Assembly (NCBI GenBank): GCA_037447605.1
Contig: CM074812.1
Coordinates: forward strand, 496,001-560,000
Length of the DNA stretch: 64,000 nt
Source of the DNA: Zygnema circumcarinatum SAG 698-1b
Taxonomy: Eukaryota > Plantae > Zygnematophyceae
Direction: 5' to 3'
Made by a program: the position numbers and the translations under genes. The notes beneath the pieces are model-generated. The model had not been told where the DNA came from and ran no database searches. It saw only the letters and a list, made by a program, of their open reading frames with translations. This document shows, in pieces, positions 1 through 10,931 of this stretch; the stretch's first letter is position 1, and each line of letters starts with the position of its first letter.

Positions 1-180
1 TCGGTGCCGCCCAACATCACATCAGGGACCGGCGTCGCATGCACCCCCGGGAGGCTCCATGCATCCTGTTCAGTTTTCAGTTACGCTTAGTCACATATTG
101 TAAGTAGTTCACAAAGTCTGTCTCACATTCTATTGAAGGTTTGAAGAATGTTAGTCAAACACCTCTCCCTCCTGGTCTCT

Positions 181-239
<59 letters not shown>

Positions 240-3200
240 CTGCACTCGATAGTAGCTTCCCCTCGCATAGCCGATCGTCATATCCTGAGCGAACATGGGC
301 GACATTGGACCGTTTTTGGCAGTTGGGAGAATGTTGGGCATTTGTTCGACATCTGACTCCGGAAAATTTGAACTTTCAGTTGCGGAAGTTTTAGGGTTTT
401 TCTGAAGAGGGAGAGAATCCGGCGACGGAGCTTCACCCTCGGAAGGTATAGTTGAGAGGGGCGGAGAGAGAGGGGGGGCTCTAGGGAGAGGGGAGGTTGG
501 GGAGTGACGGAGGGGTGGGGAGAGAGACGGAGGGGGGGAGAGAGGGCGGGATGTAGAGAGAGAGTTGGGTGGAGAGAGGGAGGGAGGGGCGGAGAGTGGG
601 TCAAGTGTGGAGGGAGAGGTGGGTGGAGAGAGGGAGGGAGGTTGAGTGGGAGGAGACTTTGGTTGTGGAGGGAGAGAGGAATCAGTGAGAGAGGAAGGAG
701 ATGGTGGGGCTTCAACGGCTTGAAGACGATGTCGGAAACGGAACGGTGGAACGGAGAGTTCACCTAAACACATAGAACAAGAAGGAAAAAAATTCCATAG
801 GCTTTTCCGTATTTGTAGGATTTCTAGGTTTTTCTAGTCTTTATAAACTTTTTCTATAGAATTTTTAATGCTAGTCCAACTCCGACAGTTTTCCCCCTGC
901 GAATCTTAAAAGAACAGGGAAAAAAAATCATAAAAAAAGGCAAAGCTTCTCACCAGGCCTTGAATTACCGTGCGGAAAAAAATTAACATTTTTGCCCTCA
1001 ATTTCACCCAATTCTCTCCCTTGAGCCACGCCCCTTGACGTCATCGCAGGGCTTTCCGGCTCATTTTCCGTTACTGACGGTGACAGAGGTGGAGGTTGTA
1101 CGGAACCCCCCCTAGGAGGAGGCGCCATTTCTGAGACTGGCCCCTTAGAACTCAAAGTAGGAGCAGGAGAAAAAATTCTATTAATTAAGGGAGGTGGGTA
1201 TTCAAAGGAACCACTAGGAGCCTTAGGAGGAGGGTAACCTCTTTGGGTTGGAAGACGTTGGCTTGGATTTGATGTAGAGGGAGGGGAGAGGGAGGGAGGA
1301 GAGAGGGAGGGATGAGAGAGAGAGGAGCGAGGGAGAGTGGGAGGGGAGCGGGAGGGAGGAGGGTGAGAGGGTGGAGGAGGGAAGGTGGGAGGAACAGAGG
1401 GTAGTTTTGGAGCTGTTGTATTGAGAGGAGTGGCAGAGGAAGGGTCTGAATCAGAGAGGGGTATGTACGGAAGCTCCGCAGGTCGCCAACCGACTGCCAC
1501 GTAGCTCGTGGTTTTCGCTGCGATGGCGACTTCGATCTGGGAAAGAAAGAATCAAACACAAACAAAAAAAGCCACGAAATGTTACTAAAGCAAAGCCTGT
1601 AAGGGCACAAGCAATCGGTGTGAAGAGGGGGGGTGGAGAATGATTGGAAAAACATCGAATTTTGTCTCTCCCTCTCACTCCACCACTCCCCCTCTCCCCC
1701 TCCTCTCACACTCACTCGCACCCCTACTCTCACTCTCTCTCCCCCACTCTCCCTTCACCTCTCCACCCCCCTCCCAGCCCGTCCTCTCTCTCGCCCCTCC
1801 TCTCTCTCTCCCCCCACTCTCTCTCTACCTCTCCACCCCCCTCCCAGCCCGTCGTCTCTCTCGCCCCTCCCTCTCTCTCTCCCCCCACTCTCTCTCCACT
1901 CTCCACTCCCCTCCCAGCCCGTCCTCCCTCCCACTCTCTCTTCCTCGCCTTCCTCTTCTGTCCCCCTTTTCACTCCTTTCCTTGCCTTCCTTACAATACC
2001 ATTACAATACCTATTCCCATTTTTCAGAAGTGTGTCCGCTTCCTTTGCCCTCCTACCTGTCTCCCGTCGGCCGCAAGTGACCCCCCCGGAGGGGGAGGAA
2101 GGATGGTCCAAAAGAGAGTGAAATTTTCCGAAGTGAAGTTGAAGGGATACTTTCGACTCCAAGACGCTAAGTCGACCTCTGCGTCGATCGTAATGTTGGA
2201 CCGAGATTGGCAGCCCCGGCCCGTCCATCCTTCCAGGCAGTAGCATTGCCTGGAGAGAGGGAGGGAGGTGGGAGAGGGAGAGGGGAGAAGGAGAAGGAGA
2301 GGGAGAGGGAGGGGGGAGCGGGAGAGCAGAGAGGTGGGGGGAGCGGGAGAGGGGGAGGGGAGAGGGAGAAGGGAAGGGGAGATGGAGGGCGGAGGGGGAG
2401 AGCGAGTGGGAGAGGGAAGGGGGAGCGGGAGAGCAGAGAGGTGGGGGGAGCGGGAGAGGGGAGGGAGGGAGAGGGGAGGGAGAGGGGAGGGAGAGGGGAG
2501 GGAGATGGAGGGCGGAGAGGGAGAGGGAGGGGGAGCGGGAGAGGGGAGGGAGAGGGAGAAGGGAAGGGGAGATGGAGGGCGGAGAGGGAGAGGGAGAGGG
2601 AGTGGGGAAGGGGAGATGGAGGGCGGAGAGGGAGAGGGAGAGGGGGAGGGAGAGGGAGAGGGAGGGGGGTGCGGGAGAGCAGAGGGGTGGAGGGAGCGGG
2701 AGTGGGTGGAGGGAGAGGGAGAGGGGAAGGGGAGATGAGGGCGGAAGGGGAGAGGGAGAGGGAGCGGGAAGGGGGAGGGGAGAAGAATGAGGTGGATTGG
2801 CTTGGATTTGAGTGGTTTGCAATGCCTGAAATCAGCCGACGTTCTTAACCAAAAACTTCCTTCACTTCGGTTTACTGACTTCCTCTATGAAAAGGCCAAC
2901 ACTTGCATGCGCATGCTATTGTCCGGCGGTCACCTCGACGGAGCATTCGACGACATGATGTCGATGCATTTCGCGTTGCTCGGGCCGCAATCTATGTCCA
3001 CTGCGCACTCCTCCTTCCGTTCGCAATACGTTCCACTGAGAGGTAACTGCCAAGCGCATGGAACATGCGCCTCAGTAATAGAATTTCAATGGGACAGCCC
3101 ATAGACCCATAGACCCATAGACCCGTAGACCCATCGACACATAGACCCATAGACCCATAGACCCGTAGACCCATCGACACATAGACCCATAGACCCATAG

Positions 3201-3771
3201 ACCCGTAGACCCATCGACACATAGACCCATAGACCCATAGACCCGTAGACCCATCGACACATAGACCCATAGACCCATAAACCCATAGACCTATAGACCC
3301 AAAACCCTAAACCCTAAAATGTGCGACGGATGGGAGAAGGCGGAAGGACTGTACGGCCGGGTCGCAGGCGCACTCCCACCGGCCGGCGGCGTTGTCGTAT
3401 GCGCACGGCGCGCTGTGGCCGTTGCAGCCGTGACAGGCGTTGACGCCGAACGTCGCGATGTTCACATCGGCGCAGCTCCAAAGCTGCGAATCGCCGGAGG
3501 GGTCCAGATCGAAGGCCTGCCAGGGGAAGGTTTTAGGTTTAGAGGGAGGATATACGAGGAGGAATGGTTTCTTATATTTCGGCAAAGTTGTAGCTAACAT
3601 TAGAGAGAAAGTGGGGGAGGGAGGGGGGGAGAGAGAGAGAAAGAAAGAGAGAGAGAGGGAGAGAGGGAGATAGAAAGAGAGGGAGAGAGATGGAGAAAGA
3701 GGGAGGGGCGAGAGAGAGATAGAGAGGAGAAAGAGAGAGGGGGGCGATTGAGAGGGGCGAGAGAGAGAGGG

Positions 3772-3812
<41 letters not shown>

Positions 3813-4458
3813 CACATACTTGCCGAACAAGTCGAAGTGTGCAGCCATAGCAGTCTTCATTGGGCAGGCGGACTTGGGCCCACTGAGCGGTAGGATTCGC
3901 CAACAGCCCCCAGGAAATGTCCGTTTCCTCCGTCAGCGCCGTCTTCTCATAGACCTCTTGAATGGACCCGTTTTGGGCTTCCACCCATAGAAAAGTCTTC
4001 ACAAGTTCGGTCTCATTTAATGAATTTGCGCTGCCAAACATGAAGTATAAATGACCATTGTGAGTGGCTAACACTCACAATGGATTGGATTCATTTCTTA
4101 TGTTTCCTATAACCGAGTCAAAATTTTGTTAAGGATATGGTTTGTTTAGATTCTTTGTATTTGGTTTGATTTTTTTCTACCTGTAAGGACGGAGAAGCTC
4201 CAGGCGGAAGCCTCCCATGTTGGCGTACGTGAGACTCCATGTCACGTTCAGCAAGTTTCCTGCGGAGAGTGTGGTCAAGGGGCTCTTCGCCGTGTGGTAG
4301 ACGCCGCATGGAACTATGGAGTCGGAGGAGTTTAAGAAGTCGTTGAAGTCACGAGCTGGAGGATAGACCAAACGCAGACTATGAACTTTCCCAAATAGAA
4401 TAAGAATGAGAATGTAGAAAGTTAAGTTGGCCACCATGGCTATCGTTCTTGTCGCCAT
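1..4458 (-). CDS. Secreted protein: signal peptide + His-brace/LPMO-like N-terminal domain + 2 EGF-like repeats + DOMON domain interrupted by a Ser/Pro-rich insert; 3'-truncated by the window edge
   Basis: Hand-spliced GT-AG exons keep one frame: 4458-4181, 4030-3820, 3516-3355, 3046-2934, 2249-2057, 1536-1008, 763-240, 65-<1 (~690 aa visible). Hydrophobic N-terminus (LTFYILILILFG); motifs LRLVYPPAR, PCG, NVTW..Y..GGFRLELL, CYGCTLRLVRQ, LWSCADVNI; two 6-Cys EGF units (CHGC..C..CAC..C and C..C..C..CYC..GC); DOMON-type FTLFWT, IEVAIAAKTTSYVAVGWRP, DMTIGYARG, TPVPDVMLGG. Confidence 0.85.
3101..3300. repeat. Intronic minisatellite: 40-bp higher-order unit built from five 8-mers, 4 perfect copies plus 1 degenerate
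   Basis: ATAGACCCATAGACCCATAGACCCGTAGACCCATCGACAC repeats exactly at 3101, 3141, 3181 and 3221; followed directly by AAAACCCTAAACCCTAAAA. Confidence 0.95.
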
Positions 4459-6433
4459 GAAGTCCTCACGATGTCGATGAGAGCCTCTCATTTATGCGAA
4501 TGCATTTCCCAAAAGAGAGGAAGATTGTATGAAGTAATGATCTTTTACACGCTAAATAAAAACGAAATTTAGTAGAAAGAGGAGGTTAAAAAGGAGAGGC
4601 GAGCGCGCTGAAAGGTCGTCTTCTAAAAGGGCTCGTCTTTAGGGGCGGCTTGTGGAGGTCATAGCTCGCCGGAAGGCTGTGCAAGGCCGTGCAAGGTCGC
4701 CGGTCGACACGTCCAACGCAGCCTTTCGTTCTCGACCGTTGGATGAAAGCCATTTCGATGGCAGATCGGACGGTAGCGTCAGCGGGAAGTCAGTTGATTC
4801 GAGTCGACCGATGAAGGGGATTCAGGGCCGAGCGTCGATGAGATCAACGCTGGCAGAATCAAAACCTGCGGTGGAACATCCACAAATTCTGGACCGTCCA
4901 GATCTCCACTTGGCAACGTTTGAACCGCTCGATCGCTGCAGAAATTCGGCAACCATGGGATCATCTAAAATTTGGGTTGTTCCGATCCGAGCGACCCAAT
5001 ATTCTGGCAACCAAATTTTGAGCTTTCCGAGGGAGGGCGCGACCTGTGGCTAGTATGGGGGGGGGGGGGGGGGGATGCCAGACCGTGGCCCAACCCTGCC
5101 TGTGGCAGGCCCACCCTTCATACTAATTAATTTTTCGGTTTGTCCCAACGACCAGAGGTACAGTCCGCTTAGGAAAATCAGAGCCGAAGAAAATTCTCTC
5201 CATTCGTCGCCATCGCGGGTTCAATGCCAATTTTTACTAAGCTGGCACTGTAGCTGTACTAGACACCGATCTTTATTTGTCATTGGCTTCTTTGGGGGGG
5301 CTGCTTCTAGTCTCGCTGGCTGCGTTTTCATAAGCTTAGAAGGAGAGTTCTTCTCATAGCCTTTCTTTTTGTTCTTGGGCCATTTGTGGCCAGTTGAGAA
5401 ATACATGTATACATGTAATTCTAGGAACCCTAAAATCCCCATAATTCCAACAGTCCCAAGTCCCAACACAGAATACGAACGGCACCGCAGATTTTCACAC
5501 CATACATCTGTGTCTCACACAGGCGGAGGTTATCGAGTTTTTATTCAAAGAATTGAGGTCGCAATCAGCATGGACCAACTAAACTATATAATCGTTAACC
5601 ATATTGTGTCTTTCTTAAGGCGTTTGCAATGTACTGACAAAGTTATAAACCGAGTATACACCTCCAGAGGGGAGAAGGGAGGGAGGCCGAGGGGGGGCGA
5701 GAGAGAGTATGAGCTTCATACAACCTTCAAAACCCCCCTTTTCTCACCGCTTCAAATTAGTTTCACGCAACTTCACCTGGACGAGACTCAAGTGGGCGGA
5801 CATGGAACTGCACTGGACTGGAAAACAGCGGTCAGCAACTTAGAGCGGAAAGGGAGAGGGAGAAGTGGTTGGGGAGGGGAGAGAAGGGTAAAGGAAAGTG
5901 AGAGCTTCATGCAGGAGAGACGGAAGACAGCAGCAGCAGGAGAAGAGGGGGAGGGGGAGGGGCGGGGTATCGTGATAACAAGGTCCTCTTTTATGACCCG
6001 GACCATAGATTTAACAGTTCCTACCCTCCCTCAGTACCTACCCTCCCTCATTCCCTGCCCCCATACATTTTCAACAAAGGTGAGTTCAAAGGGGAGCACC
6101 AGAGTATGCCTGACGAGCTATGTTCCACAATGCTCTAAGCTTCCTTCACTTATCAGACCCATGTGGGGTTGTGGGCATATTGCCACTGCTAGGACCCTAG
6201 AACCCTTCAACTTCCATGTGCCTGGAGAGGACATGTCCCTCTCTCTCTCTCTCTCTCGCTCTCTCTAGAAAATCCTCGGTATATGCATGCACGCATTGGG
6301 AGTGCATAAGGCGAAGACTGTACAAACAGAGGGCGGTAATTATGTCTGCATTGAGCGGAGACTTCTGCAGCTTGGCTACACAAATAAGTCAATTGAAGGA
6401 TGATAACATAACAGCAGTTTATTGTAGCTCCCT

Positions 6434-8666
6434 TCATTCCTGACTGTCCCATTCCTTCCGAATGTCGAACGTGTAGTTGTACTCCAAGTGGACCTTTCCA
6501 TCATCATCAGAGAACTGCAACCGCCCATGCAGCGAAAGCAGTAGGTGAGGGGTTCTCATATTGCATTTCAGATCATAAAAGCCCAAAAACTCTAAAATAC
6601 CTGTAGTCTAACTACCTGGCGTAAAAAACCCTAAACACATGTAAAGTAGTAGTCTAGCACAATTTTCGTTCCAGAATGCATTTTCAAAGCTTAACTCTAA
6701 TCCTGTACATCTTCTTTTGGCTCTTGCCTATATCAATAGCCCCTGGGCCCTGATCAGACTGATTCAAAAGTCCTTCAAAGTAACAAGTTCAAGTCACGCA
6801 TTGTCTGACAACTCAGAACTCTACATAGGGATGCTGCTTGAATAGGAATTTCGTGAACACATTGATTCGTTTTCTAAATTTCGTGAGTTCCTATTTGGTT
6901 TCACACAGAAACCCTAACATTCCTGGCTGCATACCACTGTTTTGGCTGTATAGTGCCCTCTCGCCATCATTCCATGGGGGGTGGTCTCCTCCTCCGTCAC
7001 AAACTTGTACGGTTCTTGTTGAGGAGCATATACTCCAAGCATCACTCTCGCTTTGTCCACTGTCAAATCGAGGAAATCAAGCCAAATTATGACGAGCATG
7101 TTAGGCTTTTGTGCAAGGAATATTCACAAAGATAGGAAAGAAATGGGCGCATTCCACATGGTCCTATTGAGACCAGTTGCAGCATCTAAAAGATTCACAT
7201 TGCTAAGATCAGAGACAACGATTAACTTATATGCATACTATCATAAAAAACCTAAAGGTGACCCTTCCTTTGCCAACCAATCACGAGAGTAATCAACACA
7301 ACACCCTGCAAGCATACAGTTCAACAGACTTGCTGTTGTATCCTGCCAGAAAATATGATTGAACAGATCGGCTTTACTGGCGCTAAATTCCCCATCATGC
7401 AAAGAAGTGCTTGCTGCTATTCTAGCCCTTACCTTGCCGCCCAATCCTCCAAACTTTGTTGGAGTACATCAGGCCAACAACTAGCTCGTTCTTCACCATG
7501 AACTCAAACTCAAGTCGGTACTTGCTGCGTTCCTTGAGAACAAAATGCGCTAAAGTTTCATCAGCGACAACTCCTGACTTAGGAATTGGCAGGAGAATAT
7601 CTTCCCGCCCAGCAACGAGAATTCGAAGCTCCCGAAACTCCACTTCTGCCTCTGCTTTGTTGGCTGCTTTGTACGCACATGCAAATAAAGCAGGCAAAGT
7701 AGCAAGGAAAATAGTGAACAGCTCGTCATTAGACAGATATTCACGTCAAGCAATCTAATTCAAAAAAGAACCGCATCCAAGATGCGATGCACAATGTTAT
7801 CCTGTGCATAATGACATGAAAAAACAATGTAGCTGGGGAAGGAAACCTGGAAACAAGTGCAGCAGAAAAAGCAATGACAGGATCCTATGATTAGTAGAAG
7901 TAGATATTATTGAGTTCAACACTCAAGCAAGAGGGTACAATGGAGCATGAAAAACAGAAAGGTGTTATAACAGGCAGTCCAACTTTTACTTGGGTGATTC
8001 AACTTTGGTGAAATTACAATAGCATTACAGACTGCAGTTTTTGGAAGGGGAGATATTGCCGATTGAAACTACGATCTCTCGTTTTAATTTTAAGGTTAAC
8101 TGGCGACATGTATGCCAACATAAGTTCGTCGATGCTATAAAACAGATAACTGAAACTGCAAGAAGGTGCATCTCAAATACATGTACATTATGATTTGCCA
8201 GTCTAGGAAAACCTCACTCGGGGAAGGCGAACATATCAGGTTCCAAAATGCCCAATACTGCTACCATAGTCCTGCATGCAAATATCTAACTATGCGAATG
8301 GCCTCCAAATACATAGATATATAAGATCGGCTTCGCAAAAGGTAACTATGTAGTCAGTACATGGAAACATGATAAACTGAAAAGCCAAAGCAAAGAAGAA
8401 AAAGCAAACAAGAAAAAGCAAAGCAAAAATACACGAGCAGTGCCTACCTTCTCCGGGAATGCTTGCATTGCCAAGCAGCTGCTCCTTCCATCTGCGCAAG
8501 CTCTCGTCGTCCTGACAAGCCCAAGTACCCTAAAACGCGTCAGCTATACCTGCCGTACATTAAAGCGGGGCAGATCAAAAGGTAGGCAAATGTCAGAAGA
8601 ATTGGAAGCGCCAAGCTGCGAGACTTCCTTGTTTCAAGGAGAGCGAAAGTGTGAGTGTGTGTGTGA

Positions 8667-8750
<84 letters not shown>

Positions 8751-9268
8751 CATATATATGTGATCCGAAGGACAACAAAATAGACAGGTAATAAAAATGA
8801 CGCATCTCGGCTCCCCTTTCTGTAAATAGATTAAGGAGCATACAAAGTGAAGGAGACGACAAATTAGGGCAAACACTCACTCCTCATACCAATAACTCAC
8901 TTCTATTGTAACTGGTATGCATGGAAACCCTGAATCCGTTGTTCTGGATTCTGGAATACTGACTCAGAGACGGAGAGAGGAAGAGACGAGAGAGAGAGAG
9001 AAAGAGAGACACCATGTTCAAAGCTGCGACCAGCACAAACACGTACAGAATGACGACAAAATGGCAAATTACACGCAAATGCAGCCATCACCTTATCAAG
9101 CTCTAGCTGCTCCTTGAGAGCAATCTTCTCCCCGGGGTTGTATTGATCATCATCATCGTCATCCAGAGCTCCCTCCTCCCCTCCCTGCTCTTCCTCCTCC
9201 TCCTCATCATCATCCTCCGGCTCCTCCTGTCGTCTTGGCTGGTCCAGTGACGGCACCGCAGAAGCCAT
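6434..9268 (-). CDS. RhoGDI: Rho GDP-dissociation inhibitor (plant RopGDI/SCN1-like)
   Basis: Exons 9268-9092, 8511-8448, 7654-7433, 7059-6935, 6514-6434. Acidic N-terminus, then ALKEQLELDKDDESLRRWKEQLLG, FVLKERSKYRLEF, MLGVYAPQQEPY, EETTPHGMMARGHYTAKT, FSDDDGKVHLEYNYTFDIRKEW*. The exon 3 acceptor could be an adjacent AG. Confidence 0.95.
8670..8759. repeat. (TA)n microsatellite in RhoGDI intron 1
   Basis: About 90 bp of TA repeats with TAC interruptions. Confidence 0.95.
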
Positions 9269-9622
9269 ACTCACTTGCTTCAAATATTTAACAATAAAAA
9301 CCTAAAAAATAAAATAAAAAGCTCAAATACTTAAAAGAAATACGACTTAAAGCTCTAACCGTCTAAAAAGGCAGGAAACCCTAAAAATCGCACTTGCCAG
9401 CAGCATCCACCAAGCTCAGAGGACGCCCATAGAACGCCTTCTCAACCAGATTCACGTCCTGAACAAGCTCCCCGCTCTCATACTCCCGTCAAATGCTCCC
9501 TCCGAAAGCCATGGCTGCCTTCTCCAGGAAATGTAGGAAAGCCTTCGGCGCCAGCCCCAGCACTAGCTCAGCAACGGCTCTCTCTTCTCCTGCCCAGCAG
9601 GACCTGCGAGAGCCAGACTGTA

Positions 9623-9880
9623 CAGTATCGCAGGATATTGCGATATATGGCAGATGTTTGCAGGATATCGCAATATATCGCAGGTGTCGCAGAATATCGC
9701 AAGATTATCGCAATATTACAGATGGTCGCAGGATATCGCAAATATATTGCAGTTGGTCGAAGGATATCGCAATATATCGCAGGTTTTGCAGAATATCGCA
9801 ATATCGCAGACGGTTGCAGGATATCGCAATATATCGCAGATGGTCGCAATATATCGCAATATATCGCAATATATCGCATT
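9623..9880. repeat. Degenerate tandem repeat of a GATATCGCAATATATCGCAG-type unit
   Basis: About 8-10 imperfect copies of CAGGATATCGCAATATATCGCAG; translations in several frames show only the repeating AIYCDILR/RISQYIA pattern. Confidence 0.85.
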
Positions 9881-10158
9881 CGCTAACAGAGCAGTAACAT
9901 CGTACGCTACATGCCATGGGCAGGTACCGGTACATGGACAATTGCCACTTGGGGAACCACGAGGAGCCACTCACAAAGCACCGAAGGACCCCAAGAAATA
10001 AACTATGAATTGAACAGATAAGATAGTGACTAAAGTAAATTTAGCATCACGGAGGAGTTCGGCTCAATAGCCATTAGAGCCACCATTATGGCCATCCTAG
10101 TCACGTAGTCAACCGCGAGCCAATAGGGGGAGTCAGACTTAGCCCGGAGCGTACTAAG

Positions 10159-10531
10159 TTCCCGAATTTAGTATACTAAAAATCAAAGTTTCGTGTACGA
10201 ATTCCGGATCGGGATTCGCGGCTCCGCCGAGCCCAGCCGTACTGAAATGCGCACCTAGCCAATGCTTAGTTTGCCCGACAGGCTTACGAAATTGATTTGG
10301 CGATGGTCAAGGTCTGACTCTCCCTAATTTTAAGGGCATTTTAGGGGAAATTTAGGGGAAATTTAAGGGAGTCAGACCTTGACCATCGCCAAATCAATTT
10401 CGTAAGCCTGTCGGGCGAATTAAACATTGGCTAGGTACGCATTTCGGTACTGCTGGGCTCGGCGGAGCCGCGGATCCCGACCCGGAAATCGTACACGAAA
10501 GAAGCGACTTTTAGTATAAGGAATTCGGGAA
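10159..10531. repeat. Long imperfect inverted repeat (foldback): arms 10159-10320 and 10369-10531, 48-nt loop
   Basis: Manual reverse complement shows the arms ~90% identical; the innermost 48 bp (10273-10320 vs 10369-10416) are perfectly complementary. Confidence 0.93.
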
Positions 10532-10778
10532 TTTCGTAAGCGAATGTGAAGAATCGCAGACTCGCAACGTGTTGATTTGGCATTGGATATCAATTGGATC
10601 ATAGGTCGTTCTATGCTCTGCTGTAGTAGTAACACACAAAACTGGAGGGAATGAAACTGCGTTCCGTCACTGTGAACGTACAGAAAATCAGCGATCGGTC
10701 GGCCATTGGGGTCGTTCGCATTTTGCAAAAAAAGGCAAAGTGTGAGAACCAACTAAAAGGGTCCGTGATTCTCGGCAA

Positions 10779-10797
10779 CCAATTGCAATATGCCACG
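10779..10797 (+). promoter_or_regulatory. Perfect ERSE-type element CCAAT-N9-CCACG
   Basis: CCAAT tgcaatatg CCACG(TG) in the RhoGDI/SAHH divergent intergenic region. Confidence 0.45.
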
Positions 10798-10931
10798 TGA
10801 CCATGTATTGGAGGTGTCGAAATGTGATTGGCCCAATCTTGACACAAAAACAGTTTCTTTCAAAATGAAATGGTTAAATCAAAAAAAAAAAAAAAAAATG
10901 AAATGGAGTCCCACTCAAATTTTACTGCCCT

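Noticed and set aside
1633-2848. Multiple Pro/Ser/Leu or Gly/Glu/Arg ORFs
   Set aside because: Intronic CT/GA tracts of gene 1; only 2249-2057 is coding.
3047-3071. Alternative GAG acceptor at 3071 for gene 1 exon 4
   Set aside because: The CAG acceptor at 3047 is canonical and gives correct EGF cysteine spacing.
5075-6268. ORFs 5221-5469(-) and 5369-6268(+)
   Set aside because: Non-ATG starts, no recognisable motifs, and they overlap the probable RhoGDI 3' UTR and GA tracts.
9493-10001. Overlapping ORFs with AIYCDILR repeats
   Set aside because: Open in many frames on both strands because of the tandem repeat; no domain signal.
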